Source of the DNA: Paramoeba atlantica
Taxonomy: Eukaryota > Protista > Discosea
Direction of reading: 5' to 3'
Length of the DNA: 64,000 bases
Assembly: GCA_977017575.1 (NCBI GenBank)
Contig: CDRNVI010000015.1
Coordinates: 494,533-558,532, forward strand
The notes under the pieces are model-generated. The model saw only the letters and a list, made by a program, of their open reading frames with translations. It was not told the origin of the DNA and made no database searches. The position numbers and the translations under genes are program-made. Positions 9,881 through 19,220 of this stretch are shown piece after piece; the first letter of the stretch is position 1, and every line of letters begins with the position of its first letter.

Positions 9881-10942
9881 ATGCTTCTACTGAGAAAAAC
9901 CTTGCTCCAAAACCACCAACTAGGAGTCACCCCTATGTGGAAACGGGGACGAACACACAGTGACCTCAAAGACCACAACGGGGTCACTGGATTTCTTTTC
10001 GGTTCTCTACCGGATCGCGTACAAGACTACGCCCGTTTTGCGCTCTCGGAAGGGATGATGCACGAGTACGCGCGCCAGGGATGGGTCGTGAGCCCCCGTC
10101 CCGTGATGTCACGCGCCCAACTCGACATGCTCCTACACGAGATTCGCAACCTGGTCGCCTATGAAGGGGACGAGATGCCTCCCAACAAGGCGCTGTTGTA
10201 TAATTACACTGACATCAACCCACTTGCCTCGCATCAGATTTTTTATAGTACCGGACACTGGCGAGTGCTTCGTTGTCTTCATGATTTAGTTTACCTCCCC
10301 GCACTCACGGCCCCGGCCTCGCAGCTTCTCGGGAACCGTGCAGTTCAGTTTCTCCACGACGAGTTGTTCTGTAAACCCCCTGAGAAGGGAAGTTGTGTAG
10401 TGTGGCACCAGAATGGGGTTCAGTGGAAGAACACGCAGCCGTTGCAACACGTCACCGCTCACCTCGCGTTCGATCAACAGAGTGTGCAGAATGGAGGGCT
10501 CCATGTCGTCTCAGGTTCGCATCTCTGGCGTGCAGTCGAGAACACGATTCCTATGACCGTGAGTAGCGACCCAGACCCGAAAGTTCAAATGGAGGCCGTG
10601 CTCTCGGCACTCTCGGAAGAGGAAACTGCAAAATTTCATGAGAATGTGACATGCCCCAAGGTGCCCAGAGGTCACGCGTTGTTTATGCATCCCCTGCTGC
10701 TGCATGGGTCGCACCCGAATACGAGTGTTCAATGGCGCAGAGCGGGTGCAGTGCATTATTGTGCACAAGGTACGTGTGCGGTGAACACGGGTCCACTGTT
10801 TCAAGGAACGTACGTGATGCGAGGAAGTGAACCTCTGATGGGGAAATTCTATCCGATCGTCTTCGACCCACACAAAATGGCTGGATCGCAAGCCCCCGCT
10901 AGTCCAGCTGGGGCTCCCTCTCTTCCCGCTCCATCTTCTTGA
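9881..10942 (+). CDS. Phytanoyl-CoA dioxygenase (PhyH)-family 2OG-Fe(II) oxygenase-like protein; HxD is replaced by HxN
   Basis: FCKPP, WHQN, NGGLHVVSGSHLW, GHALFMHPLLLHGSHPNTS, RRAG. Confidence 0.82.
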   Translation: MLLLRKTLLQNHQLGVTPMWKRGRTHSDLKDHNGVTGFLFGSLPDRVQDYARFALSEGMMHEYARQGWVVSPRPVMSRAQLDMLLHEIRNLVAYEGDEMPPNKALLYNYTDINPLASHQIFYSTGHWRVLRCLHDLVYLPALTAPASQLLGNRAVQFLHDELFCKPPEKGSCVVWHQNGVQWKNTQPLQHVTAHLAFDQQSVQNGGLHVVSGSHLWRAVENTIPMTVSSDPDPKVQMEAVLSALSEEETAKFHENVTCPKVPRGHALFMHPLLLHGSHPNTSVQWRRAGAVHYCAQGTCAVNTGPLFQGTYVMRGSEPLMGKFYPIVFDPHKMAGSQAPASPAGAPSLPAPSS

Positions 10943-12168
10943 GTTTCCTTTTTTAGAATGGTTATGGAGTTAGCTAGATAACTTTTCACGTGAGAATTGT
11001 AAACGCGTATTGTTCCCGTATTCATTTTGGTGTAAATCTTTACATGTATGTTATGGGGCTCTAAATTTATACATGTCCAGTTGACTTATAGTACTTGCAG
11101 TTGACATACTGCAACGTAGCGAAACATGTTCTTAAAACTCGAATTGGTATAAGCAGATTAAAATGAATAAGAACCATACAAAAGCAAAGTACGCTCTTTC
11201 ATTATGTACATGAGAATGTTCTAAAAATGTGGTGGTCCGACATCTCCCAAAAATCAGTATGGAGCACTTGGAACCGATCTGAATGGGTTTGTTACGGAAG
11301 TGCGTTCGCATTTTCTAATGTGAGCATGATCTTAGCCGGCTATTTTAATCGGAAATCCCAGAGCATTGATTTCGAAGATAGAGTGACATCTCGCCTGCAT
11401 GAAATCTCGCCTGCATTGAAAGATTGAAAATAGATTCTAGTTAAAGAAATGCTTTAAAAAAATCTACTGTTCCACGAAACTTGTTTTGAGTGAGTCCGGG
11501 GAACGTATTTTCTTCTGTATTATGTAGTACGTACAAACGTGTATTAGAGACGACACCGGGATTACAGAATCGACAACATCTTGTCGGATTTCTTGTACAG
11601 TGTGCCGTGCGTTTAAAAAAAAGTTTTTAATTCTGCTAGAGATCTGAAGCTCGTTTTCATGACCCTGCATGCCACCATAGCCTGGTAAACATGGTTATTT
11701 GCTTGTATGTTAGCTCGGCGATGGTGTTCACAGAGTAGAAGTCCTTCTTCACGCTTCGCTCATACGAGAGGTACTAACGGTGCTTCAGAACTTGATTGAC
11801 GTGGACTAGTTATTGCGTTGGGTTATGTAGACACTTAAATTCTGCCTTGATTCAACAAATAAATAAAACAGTGAACAAACATTTTTGAAGCTTGTATGTG
11901 TTAACCACTTCATTCTCCCGCACGAATTCGCGCGCAACTACCCTTTTTTCACCCCCTACCTAATAGTAGTAACTCTACTCCCTATTTGCCTATTCCTAAT
12001 TATCCTTTTTGACGGAGCCTTGAGTATGAGGCGTCGCGAAGTTTTTCGTTTTTTTACCCTTATTGTAAATCTCTATTGTTGTGCCCTATGCCTTACAAGC
12101 AGTTCACATTCTATTCTATACTATCGTCTTTGTTTTTCTCACCCTTATTACCTCCTTAAAAACGATTC

Positions 12169-14175
12169 ATGTCTGGTGGTGAGATTGATGAGGAATTTTC
12201 TGGTATATTCGCGGGATCCACCTCGATGGCCAAACTTATACTCAAGTCCAGTTATGATGTACAAAAGGTAACGTCGAGTTGGCCGGATGGCAACAGTGTC
12301 CCGTATGCTTTCCTGTGCGATGCGTTTGCTGATGTTTCCAACGTCAGTGCCCGTCTGGAGTGTATACTTAGAATGGCTCACTGTTTTCATGCTATTTTAC
12401 ACCGCTCACCCGACAGTCTACGAGAGGCAGTGTACCTGACGCTGAATAAGCTAGCACCTGACCAGGAAGGCTTGGAACTAGGTGTTGGTGATGCAATACT
12501 AACAAAGGCAGTGGCGGACGGGTGCTGTAGAACAGTGGCTTATATAAAAGAGCAATACCAGAAGACAGGCGACCTTGCCGAAGTAGCTCAAACGTCAAAG
12601 CAAGGTCAAAAAATGTTGATGCAGCCGAAACCTTTGACAGTGGCTCGCGTTTTTTCTTCACTCAAGTACATTGCAACGGCTTCTGGAAAAGATGCTCAAA
12701 AGCAACGAAGCGAGCGCATAACACTACTCTTGCGTGAGGCAAAAGGAGTTGAAGTTAATTTCATAGTCCGTGCTTTGCAGGGGAAAATGCGAATGGGACT
12801 TGCAGAGCTTTCTGTGCTTGTGGCCCTTTCCTATGCGTTTTTCTTTCACTTTTTCCCGGAATATACGTCGTTTGGGGCGGAGGCTCTTCAAGCGCGGCTC
12901 AATGCAGTGGCGGAAGGCTTGCGTCGTGCTTACCACGATGTTCCCTCTCTAGATGTGATTCTCCCTCGACTTTTACAAGAGGGATTGGCGGCTCTACAAC
13001 CTGGTTCCATATCCATAACTCCAGGCGTGGCCGTAAAACCAATGCTAGCACACCCAACAAATGGCATTAGCACCATTTTCGAGCGTTTAGAAGGTAAAGC
13101 GTTCACATGCGAATACAAATATGATGGGGAAAGAGCTCAACTTCATTTTGTTCGGAACTCTGTGGATAATTCTCCCGTTATGCATATCTTCAGCCGCAAT
13201 TTGGAAAACAACACCTCGAAATATCCCGATATCATACAGCTTCTCCCAACCTGCGTCTCAAAAGAAGTTAACTCTTTTATAATAGACAGTGAGGTTGTTG
13301 CTGTAGATGTTAAAACGGGAGATTTAAAAAGCTTTCAGGTCCTGCAGCATAGAGCGAGAAAGGACGTTAAGCAAAGTGACATAATTATACCCGTGTGTGT
13401 GTTTGCCTTTGATCTACTGTATCTCAACGGTGAACCTCTTCTACATCTTTCATTAGCAGAGAGACGTGAAAATTTGTTTGCTTCTAAATTGTTCGAAGAA
13501 CATTTGCCTGAATTTCGTTTTGTGCAGCACGAAGATTGTCATACAACCGAAGCAGTTGAAACTTTCTTTCAAAAAGCGCTTGATGATGGATGTGAAGGTT
13601 TAATGATTAAGACTTTGACAAAGAACGCGGAATACGTCCCGAGCAAGCGCAGTCATTCTTGGTTAAAATTAAAGAAAGACTATTTAGAGGGCATGGTAGA
13701 TACTATGGATTTAATACCGATTGGTGCTTATTTCGGGAAGGGAAAGCGGGCAGGAGTTTTTGGTGGGTTCCTTTTGGCCTGTTATGACAAGGAAACCGAG
13801 CACATGCAGACTGCATGCAAATTGGGGACGGGATTTTCAGATACTGAATTGGAAAATTTAACGGAACAGCTAAAAGAATACGTCATCGATGTTCCTCGTC
13901 CATATTACCAATATGACGAGAAGGACGAGCCAGATGCATGGGTAGCTGATCATATGGTTTGGGAAATTAAGGCAGCAGACCTTTCTATATCACCGCGACA
14001 TTATGCTGCCTATGATAAAGTTGCTGACGGCAAAGGTATTGCTTTGCGCTTTCCTCGGTTTATTAAAGTGCGTGAAGACAAGGGACCTTCCGACGCTACT
14101 GATTCCGTACAAATTGCCAGTATGTACAGAGCACAAAACCTAGCTATGGTGCGATCCCCCGCAGAGCCGGAATAG
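12169..14175 (+). CDS. LIG1: DNA ligase I
   Basis: Motif I CEYKYDGERAQ, IIDSEVVA, VFAFDLLYLNG, EGLMIK, WLKLKKDY, DLIPIGAYFGKGKR, LRFPRFIKVREDK. Confidence 0.97.
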   Translation: MSGGEIDEEFSGIFAGSTSMAKLILKSSYDVQKVTSSWPDGNSVPYAFLCDAFADVSNVSARLECILRMAHCFHAILHRSPDSLREAVYLTLNKLAPDQEGLELGVGDAILTKAVADGCCRTVAYIKEQYQKTGDLAEVAQTSKQGQKMLMQPKPLTVARVFSSLKYIATASGKDAQKQRSERITLLLREAKGVEVNFIVRALQGKMRMGLAELSVLVALSYAFFFHFFPEYTSFGAEALQARLNAVAEGLRRAYHDVPSLDVILPRLLQEGLAALQPGSISITPGVAVKPMLAHPTNGISTIFERLEGKAFTCEYKYDGERAQLHFVRNSVDNSPVMHIFSRNLENNTSKYPDIIQLLPTCVSKEVNSFIIDSEVVAVDVKTGDLKSFQVLQHRARKDVKQSDIIIPVCVFAFDLLYLNGEPLLHLSLAERRENLFASKLFEEHLPEFRFVQHEDCHTTEAVETFFQKALDDGCEGLMIKTLTKNAEYVPSKRSHSWLKLKKDYLEGMVDTMDLIPIGAYFGKGKRAGVFGGFLLACYDKETEHMQTACKLGTGFSDTELENLTEQLKEYVIDVPRPYYQYDEKDEPDAWVADHMVWEIKAADLSISPRHYAAYDKVADGKGIALRFPRFIKVREDKGPSDATDSVQIASMYRAQNLAMVRSPAEPE

Positions 14176-14205
14176 GGGCGAGAATATAAGTATATAAGAA
14201 AGTAG

Positions 14206-15471
14206 GGGCAATGGGAACTTATATTGTACCCAAAATTTGGGTTTTTCATTTTTTTTGTATTTTGTCGCATCTTTTTGCTAATGTTTATTTTTTGGCTCTG
14301 TACATCTATCCTACATATTTTTGTCCAATATGTGCTCGTGTTCCGATCTTCGGTGCATTCTCCGATGGAAGCATGATGGAGATATCCCTGATAATTTTGT
14401 GTCTTTCCTGGTATCTCATGGAATAATGCGACAAGATAAATGCCCTACACATAAATTGCCTGGCACTCCTCACAAGTCGAATCCCTCATTGTCCATTTGC
14501 TGGCGCAGAAATTGTGGTGCTAAATGCAGGAAACGCCTTACTAGGCTCGCACCTTTTTTTTCTTCGAAACAAAAAAAGCCTGAAATGAAATTCATGCTTT
14601 GGATCAAACTTTGTCAACGGGTCGAAATGGCAATTCTGGCCTCACAGTGTAAGGTAGCCCGACGTACTGTTTTCAAATGGAAAAAACAACTTCTGCTATG
14701 GATTCATAAGGCCGTACTGAAACGCAACGAGGAAATCAAGTTCTCTAGGTGCGCAGTTGATGAAACCTATCTCTTTCCACGGAAGTATCATCGGAGATGC
14801 CGAGTGAGAAAAAGATCTTTTTACATATTACTGGGACAATTACCCAGCTACAATTACTGGGATCTAAAGAGATGGTAGTTGTGGCCGTACTATACGGAAG
14901 AGCGTTGAAAAAAGGGACAGGACTACTTGATAAAATTTTGTGAAAAAGCACACAGTGGACAGCTACCGCACGATCTTAAACACAGATGCTTGGCGGGCGT
15001 ACCGTGGATTAAATGCCGTAAGAGATCATCGAGTCGTGAACCATAGCACAAAAGGTAAATATCGTTTTGTTACAAAAGAGGGAATACATACAAACAATGC
15101 CGAGCCGTGCCACTCTTCTGTAAAGAGGGGAATACGAAAGCAAGGAAGACTCTCAATGCATCCGCATAAGGCTGATGAAATTGTTGCATTGCACACGCTG
15201 TTTTTTAAGAACGCAAACTGGCAAGAACGCTTCCGCGCTCTTTTGTTGGCTCTGAAGTCCGTAAAAGATGAAGTGGAAAGGGAAGAAGTAGAAAGGGACC
15301 AAGACAACGACAATGAAGAGACAGAAGATGACTCTGAATAAGAGAGTGAAGATTGGGGTGTGATTCAAGGTTTGTTGATTTGATTTGAATGCTAAGATAG
15401 ACGAAAAGGGGGTAAAAAGTGGAAAAAGCAGTAAAAAAATCATATGGGTACAATATAAGTAGTCTGTAGCC
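14206..15471 (+). mobile_element. Full-length but inactivated Merlin (IS1595/ISXO2-like) DNA transposon, 1266 bp
   Basis: 8-bp TSD GAAAGTAG at 14198-14205 and 15472-15479; 27-bp imperfect TIRs both starting GG, with inner 16 bp identical (ACTTATATTGTACCCA at 14217-14232; TGGGTACAATATAAGT at 15445-15460); transposase remnant inside. Confidence 0.9.
14321..15341 (+). pseudogene. Merlin/ISXO2-like DDE transposase pseudogene
   Basis: Zn-ribbon CSDLRC/CWRRNC, AVDETYLF..RKYHR, ILNTDAWRAYRGL, HRVVNHS, IHTNNAE; frameshift near 14820-14853; in-frame stops at 14865, 14928 and 14931. Confidence 0.88.
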
Positions 15472-15679
15472 GAAAGTAGCATATTCTTGTTGCCAGTGAA
15501 GCACAAAATCGATAATGTTATTACGAACACGATGAATGAATAACGTCATCTTGTAACTCAAAATAACAATGATCAGCTAAAAACAGCTAAAATTTTCAAC
15601 AATTCAGTGTACTTTACTCCTTGTACTTTAGTGTGCTTTACTCAGTGTATTTTACTCATTATACGTTTCGGTATCCTTA

Positions 15680-16519
15680 ATGCTCTACTATGATCCAAGA
15701 AAGCCTTCGCACTACGAAGAGAAGCTTCAATATCAAGAACAAAGCTCTCCGTTCCTAATAACTGATGGCGTGTTGCAAACACAACTCAACACTCCGGAAA
15801 ACGCTTACAGACGTCGCTTAGAGCTTACTCGGGTGGTAAACCCAAACAGCAAGGCTCTTGAACGTGCTGAACTAGAACTGGCCAAGGAACGTTCCCTGCT
15901 ACGCACCGTACACGGGAGCAATCGTCATAACATCGGGGCTCGTTTGCTATCTAAAATGGGATTCTCTGGTGAGGGTGGACTTGGAAAGCGTGGAGAAGGC
16001 ATCAGTACTCCCCTTGTTCACAAACTTTGGGAAGGATGTGGCCACCAAGATAACGCTCGTGGTCTTGGTGCAAAGTCGGGTCATATGGCGAATCAAGAAG
16101 GCGTTCCTACTAAGAAGACTCTCAGAGGGCACACACTAATTAGTACTGCTCCAGAGTCGCAGCAAGTGCAAAATCTTTATCGCACGTTGAAGAAAAGTCC
16201 CAGTAGGATTCTTAGTATAGCAGGTGTACTGCATCGTTCAGATGGCCAAGATGTACATGAAGTAGTACTGCGCACTGAAATAGAAAAGGAGTTTTTAAAG
16301 TACGGAAAACTAGAATCTATTTCTTTTATTAGTAATCAGAACGCGGAACTAGATACCCCAGGCGATGAAATTTTTCTTTTTATTGAGTACTTGAATATGA
16401 GTAGTGCCATAAAGGCTGCGGAAGCCTTGGAAGGTAAGCTAATCCTGGGCAAGAAGCCACACCTCACATTTTATGATGAAAATTTATACAATAGAAGAGA
16501 GTTTAACATCCTTAAATAA
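15680..16519 (+). CDS. G-patch plus C-terminal UHM/RRM protein, SPF45/RBM17-like splicing factor
   Basis: G-patch NIGARLLSKMGFSGEGGLGKRGEGISTP; UHM-like EIEKEFLKYGKL...FLFIEY....AIKAAEALEGK. Confidence 0.78.
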   Translation: MLYYDPRKPSHYEEKLQYQEQSSPFLITDGVLQTQLNTPENAYRRRLELTRVVNPNSKALERAELELAKERSLLRTVHGSNRHNIGARLLSKMGFSGEGGLGKRGEGISTPLVHKLWEGCGHQDNARGLGAKSGHMANQEGVPTKKTLRGHTLISTAPESQQVQNLYRTLKKSPSRILSIAGVLHRSDGQDVHEVVLRTEIEKEFLKYGKLESISFISNQNAELDTPGDEIFLFIEYLNMSSAIKAAEALEGKLILGKKPHLTFYDENLYNRREFNILK

Positions 16520-16635
16520 TTGTTTACCTAAATTAAAGTCCTCTCCTAAGTATGTGTTGGGTGTTGATCACTAAATGAAATACAAAACTAAATACTCACA
16601 ATAGATTATTTTATTTTTTTCATTAACAACAAAGA

Positions 16636-17214
16636 ATGGCGACGGTTGAGGTTTTGCCTGATGAATTAGATCAGGTACACATTAATGAAGGATCTGCTTC
16701 GGAAGACGAAGTTCCGGAACTAGAAGAAATACACGTGGATCAAAACACTGCAGGATCGCCTGAGCGCAACGTTAAACAAAACCGAAGCCAACGTCGATAT
16801 GCTAAAGTTATGGGAAAAATGGGGATGAAACCGGAAGGTGGAATTACTCGAGTAACCATTCGTAAAGCGAAAAACATTACATTTGCCATTTCACAACCCG
16901 AAGTTTACAAGTATCCCGGAACAGACGCCTACATCGTTTTTGGTGAGGCTGCCATAGAGGATCGCCTTCATGATGCACAAAAGGCGGCCGTGCGACAATT
17001 CACCCAGGCCGCCGGCATGGGCATGCACGGCAGCCCCACCGATGGTCTGCCGGTTGAGGAAGAGGAGGATGGCGACATCAGCGCCGAAGGCATAGATGAG
17101 AAGGATATTGAGCTCGTAATGGCGCAAGCTGCTGTGACTCGAAACAAATCCATTCGAGCGCTTCGTGCTAACGACGGTGACATTGTAAACACTATCATGT
17201 CGCTTACAATGTAG
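16636..17214 (+). CDS. NACA: Nascent polypeptide-associated complex alpha subunit
   Basis: KMGMKP..GITRVTIRKAKNITFAISQPEVYK, YIVFGEA; UBA domain DIELVMAQAAVTRNKSIRALRANDGDIVNTIMSLTM. Confidence 0.96.
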   Translation: MATVEVLPDELDQVHINEGSASEDEVPELEEIHVDQNTAGSPERNVKQNRSQRRYAKVMGKMGMKPEGGITRVTIRKAKNITFAISQPEVYKYPGTDAYIVFGEAAIEDRLHDAQKAAVRQFTQAAGMGMHGSPTDGLPVEEEEDGDISAEGIDEKDIELVMAQAAVTRNKSIRALRANDGDIVNTIMSLTM

Positions 17215-17637
17215 CGCTTCAAGCATTTTTTTGTTATTTCGGTCTACAGGATTTCTCAAGCTTTCAAATCATTAGTTTGCCAATATTTTCTCATCCTAAA
17301 TTTCCATTATTAACAAGATATTAACCAAATTATTTATGGGCGTGACAATATTGTAATTATGGAAATAGCATATTTTCTCTACTGTATATCGATTATGCAT
17401 GTGGTACACGCAGCCCCGTCCATTTCTCAGAGGCTTCTAATATAGAATATAGGCTTCTAGTATAGAATATTTCGACGTGCAAGCGTTCTCTCAATAAATT
17501 ATACTCGCGTTAAACAATTCCTTGGCTCTAGTGATTCTGAGGAATCTCTATTTTAGAGTCCTCCACAGCAAACATAACGCAAAATATATTTTTATCTTTT
17601 TTGGGACAACGTTTACCATTTCCATAAAGTGCTAATC

Positions 17638-18861
17638 ATGCCTGAAAGTACATTCATGTGTATTGACACCTCAGAGTACTCCCGCAACAGTGATCACGAC
17701 AATAGCAGCCGGCTGGATGGCGTTATCGATGCAGCAAATCTTCTTTCTGGGGCGAAATTACATTCGAATCCTGAAAACACAATTGGGTTTCTAACTATGG
17801 GAGGTGAGCACTGCGAGGTTCGTGAATCGCTCACTAATGATGTGGATCGCATGCTAGCATCCCTGTCACGCGTTTCTACTTCAGGATTACTTCACCTTGT
17901 CGAGGGATTGCGAATCGGTTGTCTTGCGTTGGCGCATCGAGGAGGAACGCGTCGAAGCAAAAGGTTGGTGGTCTTTGTGTGCTCTCCAGTGTCGATTCAG
18001 GAAGATCTCGTAATGCGTTTAGGAAAAAAGCTGCGGAAGGAGGAAATTGCACTTGATCTTGTAAATATAGGGAACGAGAACAATATTTCTTTACTTTCTA
18101 ATCTTGTACAACACGTCTCAAAGGAGAATAATAGTCACTTTTTGCACGTTCCTGCTCCTGAAAATATTTCAGGAAGCTTTACAAATTCAGAAGTTTTCCC
18201 ACTTAGCGGGGGTGCTTCTATGCAAATTGACGAAAGTATCGGTGGTGTAGATCCTAACGTAGATCCAGAACTGGCCATGGTTTTGCGTATGTCGGCAGAG
18301 GAAGAGCGCAAGAGACAAGACAATTTACTACAGTGTAAGAGCGAGAAAGGAGAACCTTCGAAAGAGACTAATTATGTCGCAGAGCAAGAATCGAATTTAT
18401 CTTATTCTCGCGTGGATAGCTCTTCGCCGCCTTTTGTTCCCACGACGGAAGACGAGGACTTAGAACTTGCACTCCAACTTTCTCGTGAGCTTGAGGCCCT
18501 TCGCAGCTCTTCAGAAAATAATGAATCAGGTAATAGCAAACAGGCAGAATCTTCTGAAAAGGACTTCATGGAAGTCGATACGGCCAATAACGACGAAAGC
18601 AACGTTCTACATGGAGCTTTAAGCACTCCAGACAATGTTGAGCGCACGAAAACAACTTCCAATTTAGAATGTCTTTCACTAAAGCATGAAATGAAAGAGG
18701 TGGAAAAAAATGACTCTAAGAAGCAATCGCCTTTTGAAGCAGACAAACTTTTTGACGAAATAGTATCAGAAGAAGGCTTTTTGTCCGCAGCAGCGCAGGC
18801 AGCCGGTATTAACTTATCCACGGACAGTAAGGCGGAGAACACTGAAAACCCCTCACAATAG
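17638..18861 (+). CDS. RPN10: 26S proteasome regulatory subunit RPN10/S5a
   Basis: vWA domain (TFMCIDTSEYSRNSD, SNPENTIGFL, RLVVFVCSP); UIMs DPELAMVLRMSAEEE and DEDLELALQLS; ATG 17638. Confidence 0.93.
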   Translation: MPESTFMCIDTSEYSRNSDHDNSSRLDGVIDAANLLSGAKLHSNPENTIGFLTMGGEHCEVRESLTNDVDRMLASLSRVSTSGLLHLVEGLRIGCLALAHRGGTRRSKRLVVFVCSPVSIQEDLVMRLGKKLRKEEIALDLVNIGNENNISLLSNLVQHVSKENNSHFLHVPAPENISGSFTNSEVFPLSGGASMQIDESIGGVDPNVDPELAMVLRMSAEEERKRQDNLLQCKSEKGEPSKETNYVAEQESNLSYSRVDSSSPPFVPTTEDEDLELALQLSRELEALRSSSENNESGNSKQAESSEKDFMEVDTANNDESNVLHGALSTPDNVERTKTTSNLECLSLKHEMKEVEKNDSKKQSPFEADKLFDEIVSEEGFLSAAAQAAGINLSTDSKAENTENPSQ

Positions 18862-19220
18862 GATACGAAAACATGCTGAAAGTTGCGCAATATACTTGAA
18901 TGCTTCACCTATATTGTATTTGTCCTATATCATTTTTATCGTAATTGCTTTTTTGCGGAGTATATTATTAGCCTTAAATATACATTGTACCTTAAATTGT
19001 AAGGTATAATATTGAATATTTTACTCTCAAAAGGGGGCATTTTACTTCATATTCTTAGAAGTCTTTTAAGTAGGAACAGTTGCAAGGCAGAATAAAAAAG
19101 GATAAAAAGTGTAGCAATTGAAAGAAGGCAATTAAATTCATCCTTAATTTTGACATCTTCCAAAGATACTACTATTGATTGTTGAAATATTTATATCGCA
19201 TGCCTTGATTGGCTGCCAAA

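Noticed and set aside
11885-12271. 128-aa hydrophobic ORF overlapping the LIG1 start
   Set aside because: TTG start; translation of the T-rich upstream tract; overlaps a confident gene
14865-14933. In-frame TAA/TGA in the Merlin and LRR frames as a sign of stop-codon reassignment (Blastocrithidia-like code)
   Set aside because: Long conserved host genes have no internal stops and end at TAA, TAG or TGA; the interrupted ORFs also carry frameshifts, so they are pseudogenes
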